A stretch of 62,000 nt of DNA from Wallemia ichthyophaga EXF-994 (taxonomy: Eukaryota > Fungi > Basidiomycota), in contig NW_008806276.1 of assembly GCF_000400465.1 (NCBI RefSeq), positions 1-62,000 of the forward strand. Reading direction: 5' to 3'. The position numbers and the translations under genes were made by a program. This document shows positions 46,240 through 58,803 of the stretch, piece after piece. A model generated the notes under the pieces. The model ran no database searches. It was not told the DNA's origin and worked only from the letters and a program-made list of their open reading frames with translations. The first letter of the stretch is position 1. Each line of letters starts with the position of its first letter.

Positions 46240-47265
46240 CTATTTATAATCATAGAACCCTTTCCCAGATTTCCTGCCAAAGTTTCCAGCCTGTACGAGT
46301 TCATCGAGGAGAGGGATATCCTTGACAATATCCTTGTCAATGCCAGTAAGCTCGCCTTGCTCTGAATATGCTTTTTCTTTCCAGCCTTCGAGAATATGTT
46401 TAAGAGTGTCCAAGCCTATAAAATCACAAAGTTGGAAAGGGCCCATGGGATGGCCAGCGCCGAGCATCATTGCAGTGTCGACATCTTGCACCGACGCGTC
46501 ACCTCTCTCGACCAAGCGAATAGATTCAGCGAGGTAAGGCACGAGGAGGCGATTAACGATGAAACCCGGGGTATCGGCACAAGCGACGGATTTCTTGCCG
46601 AGTTGGGTGATGAAAGTGTTGAGGCGATCCTTTGTGTCTTGGTTTGTGAAAGGGGTGGAAATCACTTCAACCAAAGCCATTTGAGGGACAGGATTGAAGA
46701 AGTGTAAACCAGCAAAAGATTTCTTACGTGATTCACCAACTAAAGCTGAAATTTCAGAAACGGAGAGAGACGAAGTGTTAGTAGCGAAGATGGTGTTAGG
46801 ACTTGCAAGCTTATCGATGGCAGCGAATAGATCTTGCTTAATGCGAAGATTTTCAATGATTGCCTGGAATTGTTAGTGAATAGACAAAGTCATGGATATC
46901 CAAAAACCCACCTCAATGACGATATCAGATTGAGATACGGCGATTGAAGGGTCAGTGGTTAGATTGAGGTTTGTGAGAGTGTTTTCAATGTAATCTTCCT
47001 GTTGCTGAACGCTCTCGGCAAATCTCTTCTTAGCAACACGTGCAAGGCCTTTCTTAACGATAGCATGACCGTTATCGATAGCTTGATTAGAGACATCAGC
47101 TAAAGTAACTGAATGACCAGACATTGCACTGGATTGAGCTATTCCAGCTCCCATTAAACCCGCACCGAATATTGTAACTTTAGTGTGTGATATTGGTGTT
47201 GTATGGAGTGTGCGTAGGTGGCTGGTTAAACCAATTAATCTACGTGAAGCAGATGATTGTAACAT
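46240..47265 (-). CDS. Mitochondrial 3-hydroxyacyl-CoA dehydrogenase (HADH-like), intron 46864-46911
   Basis: Presequence-like N-terminus, IFGAGLMGAGIAQ, IE|AIIEN, FASNTSSL, GLHFFNP, DTPGFIVNRLL and GRKSGKGFY. Confidence 0.93.
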
Positions 47266-47399
47266 TTTTAAATTTAATTAGTTATATCTTTGTTGTTTCT
47301 GTGTGTAGGTTGGGTGTGTTGGGTGCACTCTTACAACCATCATCATCACCTGCGTCATTTGAAATTATTTGTTTAATCAGTTAATCAGTCAATCTGATA

Positions 47400-50088
47400 A
47401 TGAATCAAGATGGTAATGATCCCGATAACCCAGATATCTCAAAACAACCTCCCATTGGTTCAAGAGCAGCGCGTGAACAGCACCAAGAACAACGCGTACG
47501 ACAGCGAGGGTGGGTGAATAATGACACGAAAAACACAACTAAGATCATTTCACAGTGGTCAAGTATACAGATCAGGTCCATTACAGCTAAATATCCCAAG
47601 GAAACCACCAGCACCACAACAACCCCGTCAATCCGGTGAAAGAGAGCGTCTACCCGTTCCATCACCATTCAATAACCCTCCAATGCGTACAACCGCTATG
47701 ACTAACCTCTTTCGTCACTCTCTATCTCGTTCTCGCAGTCCTATACCACAACAACAACAATCTCCTTCTCCTCTTTTTGCCAATGTTAGAAGCAGTAGCC
47801 AGAGGAGTTACACGAGCAATAGACCTGAAAACTTCCAAACACAGGCCACTCTCATCGATTCAGATAACGGTATTAACGGTAGTAGTCCAAACAGCAATCA
47901 CAGCAATCAGGGTCGAGCTGGTAGTCCGCAAAGCAGCTTCTCCAGTGGCAGAAGCAGCTTATCCAATAACAGGAGCAGCTCGAGTGAAGAAGAGAGAAGG
48001 CGGAGGATGCAGAGTGAGAGAAGTGCGGGCAGTGAAAAAAGTGCACTCAGCACCCTCGATAGAACAACCCAAACCAGCGAATTTCCTAGAGATAGACTCA
48101 CTGATATTGACTCAGTCAATCAGAAAGTAGACGGGCATGATAGAGACATACTCTTCGGAAATAACCCTCTCTTCAACGATATTGATAGCACTCCACTCGA
48201 TGACGGTGATATGTCAGCAGATAAGAGCATCCTTAGTGACAGAGAGAAGCGCATGTCCACCCAACTCATACAGAGCAGTCGCGCTACCCCTCCTCCATCC
48301 AACAAGCGCGAAAAGGGCAAAGGAAGAGTGAGAGGGGAGAGAAAGAAGGAGACGAATATGGATCCAGAAAGGGAGAAGGATATAGAGAAAGAAACAGAAA
48401 AGGAGAATAGCACTGTGGATAAAGCCCACCCCTCTACAGAGCCCACCGAGGACTTTGACAGCCTGGTCGCACCTACACCCCAACAAGCCCCCGCTTCAAT
48501 TAAAAAGAGAGCCCGTAAATCTGATACCAACGAGGTTAAGGAAAGAAAAAAGGCGCGTAAATCTGACAATAAAGAGGCAAAGAAAGCACGCAAGTCTGAA
48601 AACAAATCCAAGAAAATGCGTAAATCACGTGTGACAGAGGATGTAGATGTTAAAGCTGAAACTGATCAATCCCAGCAAGCCCAACAAACCCAGCCATCAA
48701 AGAAGAAGGAGGAGAAAAAAGAGAAGAAAAATAAGAAGGATAAGGCTGCAAGAGAATCCGATAGTCGTCAGGTTAGACGCAGGAGGGGTGGTGTCCAGGA
48801 GGTAAGATCTGATGAAGAAGACGAGACCAGGCCTAGAAAAAGCGAAAGCACAGTTTTCAAAGTACCAGAGTTACCAGCGAAACCAGTCAAACGTAAAAGA
48901 AAGTCAGCGATACGACATGCGTACAGAGATGGCAAAACACAAGCTGATGTGGATAGAGAAGATGCAGCAGCAGCAAAGGCAGCTAAAAACCTAGCGAGGA
49001 AGCGTAAGAAGGACAGACGAATTGATGACGAAGAGATGCATCTTTTCCACACAATCTCTCTATCAGACCAAACGACGATGAATCCATTCGCTCAAGATAT
49101 CGACAAAAAACATGAGGCTGTTGCTAGCAGGGCAATAGCGAAATCTCAACGACAAATAAACGAGATTGATGTGTTTTGGAATTTGCTCGTCAACGAGGTT
49201 GATGATGTAATTGATCAAACTGAGTCACGCACACTTTTGCACGATATCAGACATTTCAATGCACTCCTTGAGAAGGAGTTTACCGAGAAGGTGGGCAGAG
49301 GTCTTCTTGGTGTAATCACCTTTTTCACCTAACAATCCCCGCAGACGGTATGGTTTGAGTATTGCGTCGCTCTCAATGCTCGTTTGGCAACTGCTAAAGC
49401 GCAACAGAAGGATATGCGCAAACGGATCCTTGAGACCCAGAAGTCAATTGCACAAGTATCCAAGCAGATGGCTGGGGTGCAGCAGGATTGGACAGAGAGC
49501 AAGCTACATAGAGAAGAAATGAGCAAGTTGAATTTGTGGATGAATGATGTCCAGTCTCGCAGAATACCACTCGTGGCTGGAGAAGAGATGGATATCGACA
49601 AGAAGGCCAATGTGCAGCTTAAGCAAGAGGTGTCAGATATCTACTCAAGTATTGAGCTCATCCGAACAGTATACTCAGAGGATCCTGATAGCTTCGCTGG
49701 GAATGTACAGCGGTTTGGAAATACCCAAGATAACGCTGGGAAATGCAGGATGTATGGTGTCTTTGATGATGATGGGGAGACTCTACCGGCGGACGAGGAC
49801 TACGAAGACATAATTTATGAGATGGAGTGGGATAGCGCGGGTATTGTGGGAGATGGCAACATTGCAGCCGCGGAAAATGATCTAGATGAAGAGCAATCCA
49901 GCGACGAGGAGAGTATAGGCAGTGTTTCAAGCGAAGATGTCAGCATTGATAGTGATAGCGTGTTCGTGAGCGATGTAGGCGATGTGAGCGACGAAGAAAG
50001 CTCAAGGCAGGTTGATGACGATAGTAGAGTTGCTGCGACGACGGATAGCCCGAATTCGTCACCGTCGTCAGGACACAAAGATATCTAA
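47400..50088 (+). CDS. Long low-complexity nuclear protein with a CENP-U/Ame1-like coiled-coil region; introns 47510-47543 and ~49291-49343
   Basis: ORFs 47400, 47521 and 49384 join in frame via GT-AG introns. The segment NEIDVFWNLL...FNALLEKEFTEK|TVWFEYCVALNARLATAKAQQKDMRKRILETQK resembles the fungal CENP-U domain (from memory). Confidence 0.5.
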
Positions 50089-50379
50089 TACGTGAATGTA
50101 ATTTATAGTTTTATTTGCAGCATATTTTATAGCCAAAGACATAGCCATGGGTTAGATGGCCAGCTTATACAGAAGATATAAGGAGAGAAATTAGGGATTT
50201 AAATACCCACACACTCACTCACACCCACTCAAATCGCCGTTAATTATCAAATAATTTTTTACCTGAGAATCGACTTGTGAAAAATCCTCCTGAGATGCTC
50301 GCCTAGCAACGCTCACGTCCAGGTAAATTTGAAAAAAACGAGAAAAGGGATAAATATTGATATACGCACGCAGGACAGA

Positions 50380-50882
50380 ATGCCAGCCAAGAACGTCACA
50401 CAAACCACCAACAAGGCCTTGTCAGCTCGCAAGCACACGCTCAAGGGTGGTCAAACCAACAAGAGTCGTAAGATCCGCACTCAAGTGCACTTCTACAAGC
50501 CAAAGACGTGAGTAGTGCGGGTATAGAGTTTGCGGGCTGTTTGCTCACCTAGATTCCTCGCAGTCTCCGTCTTCCAAGAGACCCAAAGTACCCACGTAAA
50601 TCAATTCCTTCTCGTGGCCAACTCGACCAATATCAAGTTATCCAGCTCCCAGTCAACACTGAGGCAGCTATGAAGAAGGTCGAGGATGACAACACTTTGG
50701 TCTTCACCGTCGACAGAAGAGCTAACAAGCGTCAAATCAAGGACGCTGTTAAGAAGTTATACGACGTTGACGCGGCAAAGATCAACACTCTCATTCGTCC
50801 TGATGCATCAAAGAAGGCTTTCATTAGACTCACTCCAGACCACGACGCCCTTGACGTTGCCAACCGTATTGGTTTGCTTTAG
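50380..50882 (+). CDS. RPL25: 60S ribosomal protein L25 (uL23), intron 50508-50563
   Basis: [13 protein letters not shown]|[41 protein letters not shown] and [21 protein letters not shown]. Confidence 0.97.
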
Positions 50883-50942
50883 ATGGCTCTGGTTGTTTGT
50901 TTAACTAAAAGGCTTTTTGTTCATGCACGTGAATTAACATAT

Positions 50943-51726
50943 TTAATCTTGTCTCACTGGTATTTGGTGGAGTAATCCGAATCCAACGCCGCCTGAAGTA
51001 TTTAGACCTATTCTGATAATAAACGCCAAACTCACATCCCAATAAACCTTCCCCTCCCCATTGCCTGTTGGGTACTAGAACTACCTCACGCAGAGTATCG
51101 AAATCGAATGAGTAGACATAAAGCCTTAAAGGTTTATCTGTGTGCTGGTGTACGTGTTAATCTGTATCCTTCAATATCACCTACTCCTCACCATTTCCAC
51201 CAAATCATAGAAATCATTTTCTTGTCTGAGTACACCACCTGGCCATCCAATAACCCAATCACCGTATGGAACCAGACCAGCTGATTCTGCAGGACTTCCC
51301 GTGATAACTTCGAGTATATGCCAAACATTATCAAGTGCACTAGACATTGCCCTGTTTGCGTCACATGCTCTCAAAGTTAAACCGAGCAAACTGTCATCAA
51401 TTTCATTCCATTCTATTGAAGGGACTATCGATACGTCTGTTGAGCTTTAATGAGCCTGGAAATCCTCTAAATAACACCGCAAACCAACCTCTAAACGTCT
51501 GTCTCTTCGATGACCAGATTGTAATATTCACACGTCTATCCTTATGCTCCTGCACGATATCCTGCAAAGGTTTATCTGCCAATTCCTCTCCGTCGGCTGC
51601 CTCAGGCTTAGCGCACGTAATGAAATCGAAGAAAGGCTCAATTGATGCTTTAAACGCGGGTGAGTTACTCCTAACACGGACAACATGAAACCAAGTCTGT
51701 TCAATTGAGCTCGATTGATTTCCCAT
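50943..51726 (-). CDS. GRH1: GRASP55/65 homolog (two PDZ-like domains), multi-exon
   Basis: Myristoylation-type start MGNQSS, FHVVRVRSNSPA..IEPFFDFI, VWHILEV..GSPAESAGLVPYGDWVIG and LREVVLVPNRQWGGEGLLG|CGVGFGLLHQIP. Confidence 0.9.
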
Positions 51727-51781
51727 CGTTTTTTTATTCAATTCCTTGGTCGTTTCCTCTCAAGTGGACACAATCACAGCC

Positions 51782-54703
51782 ATGGCCACGCGTGCTAATC
51801 CACTAAAGAACAATGCCTCTAAATTCGCTTTCTTAACAATGCATCCTCCGCCTGGCTACGTTGCTGGATTGGGTAGAGGTGCTTCTGGTTTCACTACTAG
51901 ATCAGATATTGGCCCTGCAAGAGAAGCTGGCTCTATGGAAGATCCCGCTTCAGATTTACACTCAAATGCAAATTCAAAAGAAATTGAACCCGAGCAATTC
52001 CAGGATCCTGAGAATGAGACAGGTTTATTTGCAGGCACAGTTTATGACAGGGATGATGAGGAGGCTGATAAGATATACGATATGATCGACGATAAAATGG
52101 ATGAGAGGAGACGCGCAAAGAGGGAAGCCGCTGAGAAGAAATCTCAGGAAGCTCATTTAGCAGCTAACCCTAAAATCCAAACTCAGTTCTCCGATCTTAA
52201 ACGCTCTTTGGCTCACGTTAGCGAGGAAGAATGGGGCGCCCTCCCTGAAGCTGGTTCCCTTACCGGTAAACGTCGCAAGAACAACACTCGCAACGATGGT
52301 AAAAGTTATGTTGTTCCTGATAGCGTTCTCGCTGGTGCAAGAGAGAAAAACGAATTGAGCAGCTCAGTGGATGATGACGCTGGTGTTGCAACTCCCGCTT
52401 CCTCCGGAAATACCACAGATTTTCGTGAAATTGGTCAAGCTAGAGATAAATCCTTGTCTTTGCGTCTCGATCAATTGAGTGGTGCGAGTGGGAGTGGCAG
52501 TGCGAGTACTAGCGCTGGTACCCCCAGTAGTACTCAATCTAGCAATGATAGCTCCACCTTCACCCCTTCAACCTCAAACGCCACAGGGACATCAACCTCG
52601 GTTGATCCTAAAGGCTATCTATCCGGTTTGAACTCTGTTCAACTTAAATCAGACGCCGAGATTGGCGATATCAAAAAGGCAAGAGCTCTACTCGAGAGCG
52701 TCATAAAAACCAACCCAAAGCACGCCCCAGGTTGGATTGCTGCGGGTAGAGTTGAAGAAGTTGCCGGTAGACAAGCTGTAGCGAGAAAGGTCATTGCAGC
52801 TGGCTGTGACAACTGTCCGAAATCTGAAGATGTTTGGTTGGAAGCTGCACGTCTTAATATACCACAAGACGCAAAAGTCATCCTTGCCAACGCCATCAGT
52901 CACCTACCACAGTCAGTAAAGATATGGCTTAAAGCAGTCGATCTAGAGAACGATCCTAAATCTAAACGTAGAGTTTTGAGAAAGGCTATTGAGTATATAC
53001 CGAACAGTGTCAGGTTGTGGAAAGAAGCTGTAAATATGGAAGACGATCCACAGGATGCTCTCATCTTACTAGCACGCGCAACTGAGTTGATTCCATCATC
53101 AGTCGAGCTCTGGCTGGCGTTAGCTAGATTAGAGACACCAGAAAACGCCAAGAAAATTATCAACAAAGCACGCAAAACTATACCAACATCACATGAGATA
53201 TGGATAGCTGCTGCAAGACTACAAGAGCAAGTTGGAGCATCGAGCAATGATATTGATAAGCTGGTGAACAACGGTGTTGGATCTTTGAGATCATCAGGTG
53301 CTCTCTTATCGCGTGAACAATGGTTGAAAGAGGCTGAGAGAGTTGAGCAAGAAGGATCTCCGCTCACATGCGCAGCTATCGTAAAGGCTACTATTCATCA
53401 TGAGATTGAGGATGAAGATAAATATGCCGTTTGGATGGACGATGCTGATTCGTTGGAGGATAGAGGATCGATCGAGACTGCAAGAGCTGTCATTGCATTC
53501 GCACTCAAGGTCTTCCCTGAGCGCTCTAAGCTTTGGAGGCGAGCTGCTGAGCTAGAAAAGCAGCATGGGAATAGGTGGGTATCTCGTGTTGACTCAATCG
53601 CCAGGCTAACGAAGCATAACAGAAACACCCTCACAGATATACTCAAAACAGCTACACAAAATTGTCCGAAGGCAGAAGTACTCTGGTTGATGCTTGCGAA
53701 GGAACACTGGCTTGGTGGAGATGTGGACTCTGCTCGACAAGTCCTAGGTGATGCCTTCAACGCTAATCCATCCTCTGAAGCAGTCTGGCTAGCTGCTGTC
53801 AAGTTGGAAGCTGAAAATAACGAAATTAAGAATGCGAGAATGTTGCTCAATAAAGCAAGACTACAATCTTCCACTGAAAGGATATGGATGAAGTCTGCAG
53901 TCTTTGAACGACAGCATGGCAATAGCATCGAAGCATTGAAATGTGTAAATGAGGCACTCACAAAGTTTCCCACGTTTGACAAACTCTACATGATCAAAGT
54001 TGGTTTACTCGATGGTAATGTTGACGGCGGTGGTGATGATAATGGTAGTAGAAGCAACAACAAAGAGATAAGAGACACATTCGCAGCAGCGCTTAAGAAA
54101 TGTCCTCAATCACCCACACTATGGATACTGTCTTCACGATTCGAAGAAAAGATGGGCGTTATTATCAGATCGCGCGCACTGTTAGAGAAGGGTCGTCTCA
54201 TCAACAAAAACTGCGACATACTATGGGCAGAAGCTATTAGAGTGGAGGAGAGAGCGAATGCAGGAAATCAAGCAAAAGGATTACTCTCAAAGGCACTCCA
54301 AGAGTGCCAAACTTCCGGTCTATTGTGGTCTATTGCTATTTGGATGGAACCTCGACCATCTCGAAAGACAAAATCAGTTGATGCGTTACGTAAAGTGACA
54401 GATGATCCAACTATAATTGTCACAGTCGCTCGTATGCTTTGGATGGAAGGTAAGAAAGACAAGGCTAGGTCGTGGTTGAGTAAATCATGTAAAGCTGATC
54501 CAGACAATGGTGATCATTGGGCATGGTGGTATAAGTTTGAGCTACAAGATGGCACACAAGAAAATGCACAGAATGTACTGGAATCTGCTAAGCAAGCTGA
54601 ACCACATCATGGTGAAATTTGGCAGTCCGTAATTAAAGACGATGCTAATATCGGTAAAGCGTATAATGTACTAATTAAGCAAACGGCAAGCAAATTATCT
54701 TAA
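51782..54703 (+). CDS. PRP6: U5 snRNP pre-mRNA splicing factor Prp6 (HAT repeats), in-frame intron 53575-53622
   Basis: PPPGYVAGLGRGASGFTTRSDIGPARE, DDEEADKIY, DIKKARALLESV..TNPKHAPGWIAA and EPHHGEIWQSV. Confidence 0.97.
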   Translation: MATRANPLKNNASKFAFLTMHPPPGYVAGLGRGASGFTTRSDIGPAREAGSMEDPASDLHSNANSKEIEPEQFQDPENETGLFAGTVYDRDDEEADKIYDMIDDKMDERRRAKREAAEKKSQEAHLAANPKIQTQFSDLKRSLAHVSEEEWGALPEAGSLTGKRRKNNTRNDGKSYVVPDSVLAGAREKNELSSSVDDDAGVATPASSGNTTDFREIGQARDKSLSLRLDQLSGASGSGSASTSAGTPSSTQSSNDSSTFTPSTSNATGTSTSVDPKGYLSGLNSVQLKSDAEIGDIKKARALLESVIKTNPKHAPGWIAAGRVEEVAGRQAVARKVIAAGCDNCPKSEDVWLEAARLNIPQDAKVILANAISHLPQSVKIWLKAVDLENDPKSKRRVLRKAIEYIPNSVRLWKEAVNMEDDPQDALILLARATELIPSSVELWLALARLETPENAKKIINKARKTIPTSHEIWIAAARLQEQVGASSNDIDKLVNNGVGSLRSSGALLSREQWLKEAERVEQEGSPLTCAAIVKATIHHEIEDEDKYAVWMDDADSLEDRGSIETARAVIAFALKVFPERSKLWRRAAELEKQHGNRWVSRVDSIARLTKHNRNTLTDILKTATQNCPKAEVLWLMLAKEHWLGGDVDSARQVLGDAFNANPSSEAVWLAAVKLEAENNEIKNARMLLNKARLQSSTERIWMKSAVFERQHGNSIEALKCVNEALTKFPTFDKLYMIKVGLLDGNVDGGGDDNGSRSNNKEIRDTFAAALKKCPQSPTLWILSSRFEEKMGVIIRSRALLEKGRLINKNCDILWAEAIRVEERANAGNQAKGLLSKALQECQTSGLLWSIAIWMEPRPSRKTKSVDALRKVTDDPTIIVTVARMLWMEGKKDKARSWLSKSCKADPDNGDHWAWWYKFELQDGTQENAQNVLESAKQAEPHHGEIWQSVIKDDANIGKAYNVLIKQTASKLS

Positions 54704-54817
54704 CAAGTTGATAAATTTGGTATACAATATTTAAAGTCAAGTGTTCAAATCAAAATTATTTATTTTCTTCAATGAGTAACTCATGTTACTCATGTTGCTC
54801 AATAGAAATAATTTATT

Positions 54818-57458
54818 TCAATTTCCGTTGGTGGATTGGTTAGCTTGTGTTTGCGTTGGGTGCGTTGGGGCTTGAGTTTGATTTTGTGCGTTGGCTGCCA
54901 CTTGAGCTTGAGCCTGTGCCTGAGCCTGAGCCTGCTGGTGTGCCAACAACTGCTGTCTCCAAAATGCAGCCAATTGAGGATTTGATGCCATCTGTTGAGC
55001 AGTTAAACCACCAGCGTTTGCTTGCTGTTGTTGTTGCAATTGATTTGGTTGTGGTTGTCTCACTTGCTGTTGTTGTTGTTGTTGTTGTTGTTGCTTCGCA
55101 AGCAGGGCTGCCAACATCTGTTGCTGACTCAATTGATTATTCGGTGCATTATTGTTGTTATTCTGACTTGCCATCAACTGCCTCATTTGATTGAGATGTT
55201 GTTGAGTTTTTGTCGACTGTAACAATGCATTCATTTGAGCTTGGGATGGTGGTTGGAGGGGATGTATTGGTTGCTGTGGTTGTTGATGTTGATGCTGTTG
55301 TTGTTGTTGCTGCTGGGCAAGCAACTGTTGAATTGCATTATACGTTGGGTTATTCGGAGGCAGCGAAGCGTTCCCATTCATTTGAGGAGTGGGGGGTTTA
55401 GGTGTAGATTGCGTGCTTTGCGTACTTTGCGCAGGTTGTTTAGACGCTCCCGTACCATTCATTGCTGAGTTGCTCTTCTGTAACGGCGTCGACTGCGCAT
55501 TCTGCTGAGAAGCTTTTCTTATCAAATGCTGAGCTACCTGTGGCTTTCCATTATTCTGTGCATTAGAAGCGTTCGAATTATTTCGCTGTAGCTGTTGCGC
55601 TTTGTTATTGGGATTAGGTCGAACGATTGTGTAATTTGGAAGTGGTGGTGGTGGTGCCAATGCTGCCTGCATCGCTGCATCAACGTGACTTGTAGGTGCC
55701 GTCAAATTATTGATATCATCTTCCGTGAGTAATGATGCACGATGTCGCATAAATCTGGGGTTTTTTATTATTATCACCTTTTCTTAGCACTCCTTACTTA
55801 CCTCTCATCGTAATCGTCTATCAACAGATTTTCACCTTTGTCACCAAATGTTGGTCCTAAGCCTTTGACATTCTTTGTATAAACCACATCCGCGTCATAC
55901 TTCTGCAACTCCCTCAACTTCCTCTCATCATCATCGAGGTTGCTGCTGTCATCATCGCCATAATCGATAAACGGATGGCGTCTGTCGAGTATTCTTCTAC
56001 CACCTCTTCCAATCCTCAACCTGAAAGTTCTTCTACCCATCTCACCATCGTCATCAATGTCATTAGGCAGTGCACGATAGAATTTAGAGCCAGGGAAATG
56101 GTTTGGTATAAGGGATGACTCTGTAAAGTCTTCCCACATTTGGTCTGCCTCTCGTTTAGCAAGTATATGTTTCTCGATGAGTGTAGCGATCGGTACAGAT
56201 GCTTTATCGTTATTAGTGTTGACAGAAGGCGAAGCGTTATTTCTCTTGTTGGGCAGCTTAGTCTCGACTTTAATTCTCTTTGGTTTGTGACCGGATAGCA
56301 ACTCATCATCAGCTTTTCCATCGTCAGGACCAACAACGCCAAGTTTCCTCTTGACGGTTCTAAAAGTATGTCGTAACTGTGATATACTTTTGTCCATATC
56401 AACAGCCTCAGCTTTCTTTTTCTCTCTATCGATAACCCTGACAACAAGCTGCTGAGCTGCGATGAGTTCTTTATGGAGCTTCTCCATTTTTTCAACCGAT
56501 TGTAGATCAGCCCTGCGTGTTTTGCGAACAGGCTTGACTTCTCTGCGTCTGAAACAAACATAAGGATCGCCATCATTGCTTTCGTCGTAGTTGAGCTGTG
56601 GGTGAATTGGTTTACCTTGCCGTCTGACTCGACGTGCACGCCAATGTTGATAGATAATCTGACCAAGCTTGACGAGGTTGTCAGGTGTAATTGTGAGCTT
56701 AAGAGGAGCAACGTTTGGGAAGTTGTCGAGGAGATCATGTTTCTTGAGATGTAATTGGAATTCTGAGAAGTCTGGGATTCTGGATAGGTCCTGCGTGGGT
56801 GTTAAAGAGGGATAAGGGTTTAAATTAGTGGAATAAAACGCACGGTATGGAGAGTAGGAGCAATGTCGTCAGTAACCTTCTCAAAAACACTCATAACCAA
56901 TTCAAAGAGATTGTCGTCGATGAGTATGTCATTGTTCTTCTTCTCATCCTTACTACTAGCGTCTGTGGAAGTACCCTCACCTTTGACCGCCTTATTATGC
57001 TCCTGGATGAACTTATAATCTCGTTCATCGATTGTATACACTAAACCACCCAATTGAGCTTCTTCGATTGTGTCGCTGTACTTGATATAGGACCAGGCGT
57101 CAGGGTACTGGTTCGGCTTGTATAGCTGATAGTAATTAGTGACTCTGCCTGTAGCATCCGGGGTTGGAATGATACCCAAAGAGTCATCTTGAGGGGTTGA
57201 AAGAGCATTTTCATCAACAGAATCAGCTTTATCATTATTGGAAGCAGATTGAGTAGTGTCATGTGAAGGCTTAGAACGAGCATTCCTCTTTTGAGACGCG
57301 TTTATCGCGTTTTGAAGGTGAGTCTCTTCAGCCTCAGCCGAGTCAACACCGGTGGTAGCCTTCGACTCATCATCAAAGGAATAAGATTCAGCGATAAATT
57401 GAGGTCTTTTAACGATTTGTAGCCTACTTCTGGCTGTAATTTTAAGTCTTCTGGACAT
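54818..57458 (-). CDS. EPL1: Enhancer of polycomb-like protein (NuA4 subunit), multi-exon, Q-rich C-terminus
   Basis: TGVDSAEAEETHLQNAI, IPTPDA, YTIDERDYKFI, LFELVMSVFEK, DPYVCFRRRE-like segment at ~56520-56555 and FRLRIGRGGRRILDRR. Confidence 0.9.
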
Positions 57459-57752
57459 GGTGATAAGTGATGTGCTGTCAGTGTGGCCAATAATAGAAAT
57501 CCACAAAGACGACTCGTATAATCTAATTTAGATTTAATTTAAATTATTATTTCTTGTTTTTTTACGCTGCTTTGTGGCATCCACTGACGCCGGAATCGGT
57601 CAAATTTGTTGAGCGTGAATTGTTAATTTAAAATTCGTAAAAACTAAAGGAGGAATAAGAAGATTAAATTTATTTATTAGAGTTCTATTTTGTTGTTAGT
57701 GTGTTTAGATATATATATAAATACCCTTAAAACCCACACAATAGAATCATCA

Positions 57753-58785
57753 CTACCGCCTACTCCTATCCATCCTTTTAAGCGTCTCTTTGGCCTTCTT
57801 CCTCTGGCCATACTCCTGTCCACGCTCTGCTTGAAGTTCGTTATACTTACGCTTAGCGTACCTTTGTCCATCCTTATCCTCGAGTGCTTCATTGATGAAT
57901 CCTTTAGCGTTCCTCCTCGCTTTAGCATCTTCTGCGCCATCTGCGAGTGAATCTCCTGCGTTCCTACCCGGCAATATTCTCCCGATGGCAAAATGTTTCG
58001 GTAATTTCTGCTTACCGCCTTTGTAGAAGCGTTTAGGGTCGAGAGAGTTGCGTAATTGGAGTGCCTCTGCTTCACGTCTCCACTGTGGAAGGAGTGCTGA
58101 AGGTGGAGCAGGTAAATCGAACCAATCTTTCCCGGCGGTGGATTCTTTCGACTGTTTTTTCTATGTTTAGAAGGAAACTAATGGCAATATAACATCAACT
58201 AACCTCTTTCAACTGCCTCCTCGATGGCTTTGTACCTGCATCATGTGCTGGTCTACTAGACATAGCCGCAGAAGCCCCGTTCAAAGCATTTTCTGTTTGT
58301 TTTTCAATGGCAGATATCTGATTGTGGTTGTGTGAGTTGTAATATACCTCATAACCCTCCAACACACCTCCAATTCACGCTTCTTGGGCACTGTCTGCTT
58401 AAAATTATCAGATTTTCTTTGAGATGGCTTGAGCGGGGGGAGTGTGTTTAGATTGTAGCTGCTGGTGAGCGTTGGAATAGGTCTGGCAGGGAATGTGAGT
58501 CTGAGCGAGATCTCTGCTTGGTAGATGAGCTCACTGCTTTGACTCCTGAGCCGCGTCATCCAGCTTGACCAAATCATCGTTGAGATTGAGATGATCGTTA
58601 TTTGTGTTGGACAGGTTTGTGCGGGCGCTGTTGAGAAGATGGGAGAGATGGGAGTTGTTATCGTCGTTGTTATCGTCGTCGCTGCTGTTGCTGACATCGC
58701 TGCTGCCGTCGCTGCCATCGCTGCTGCTACCACTGCTCACGCCGCTCTCATCTCTCCTCAGAATCGCTTCTGACATGGTAGACAT
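57753..58785 (-). CDS. FCF2: rRNA-processing protein Fcf2, 4 exons
   Basis: Acidic N-terminus; spliced C-domain STAGKDWFDLP...LQLRNSLDPKRFYK..PKHFAIGRIL...YAKRKYNELQ. Confidence 0.87.
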
Positions 58786-58803
58786 TCACCAACCAACATC
58801 CTA

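Noticed and set aside
54890-55330. Long (TTG)n/(CTG)n tracts
   Set aside because: Ordinary polyQ/QA coding in the EPL1 C-terminus.
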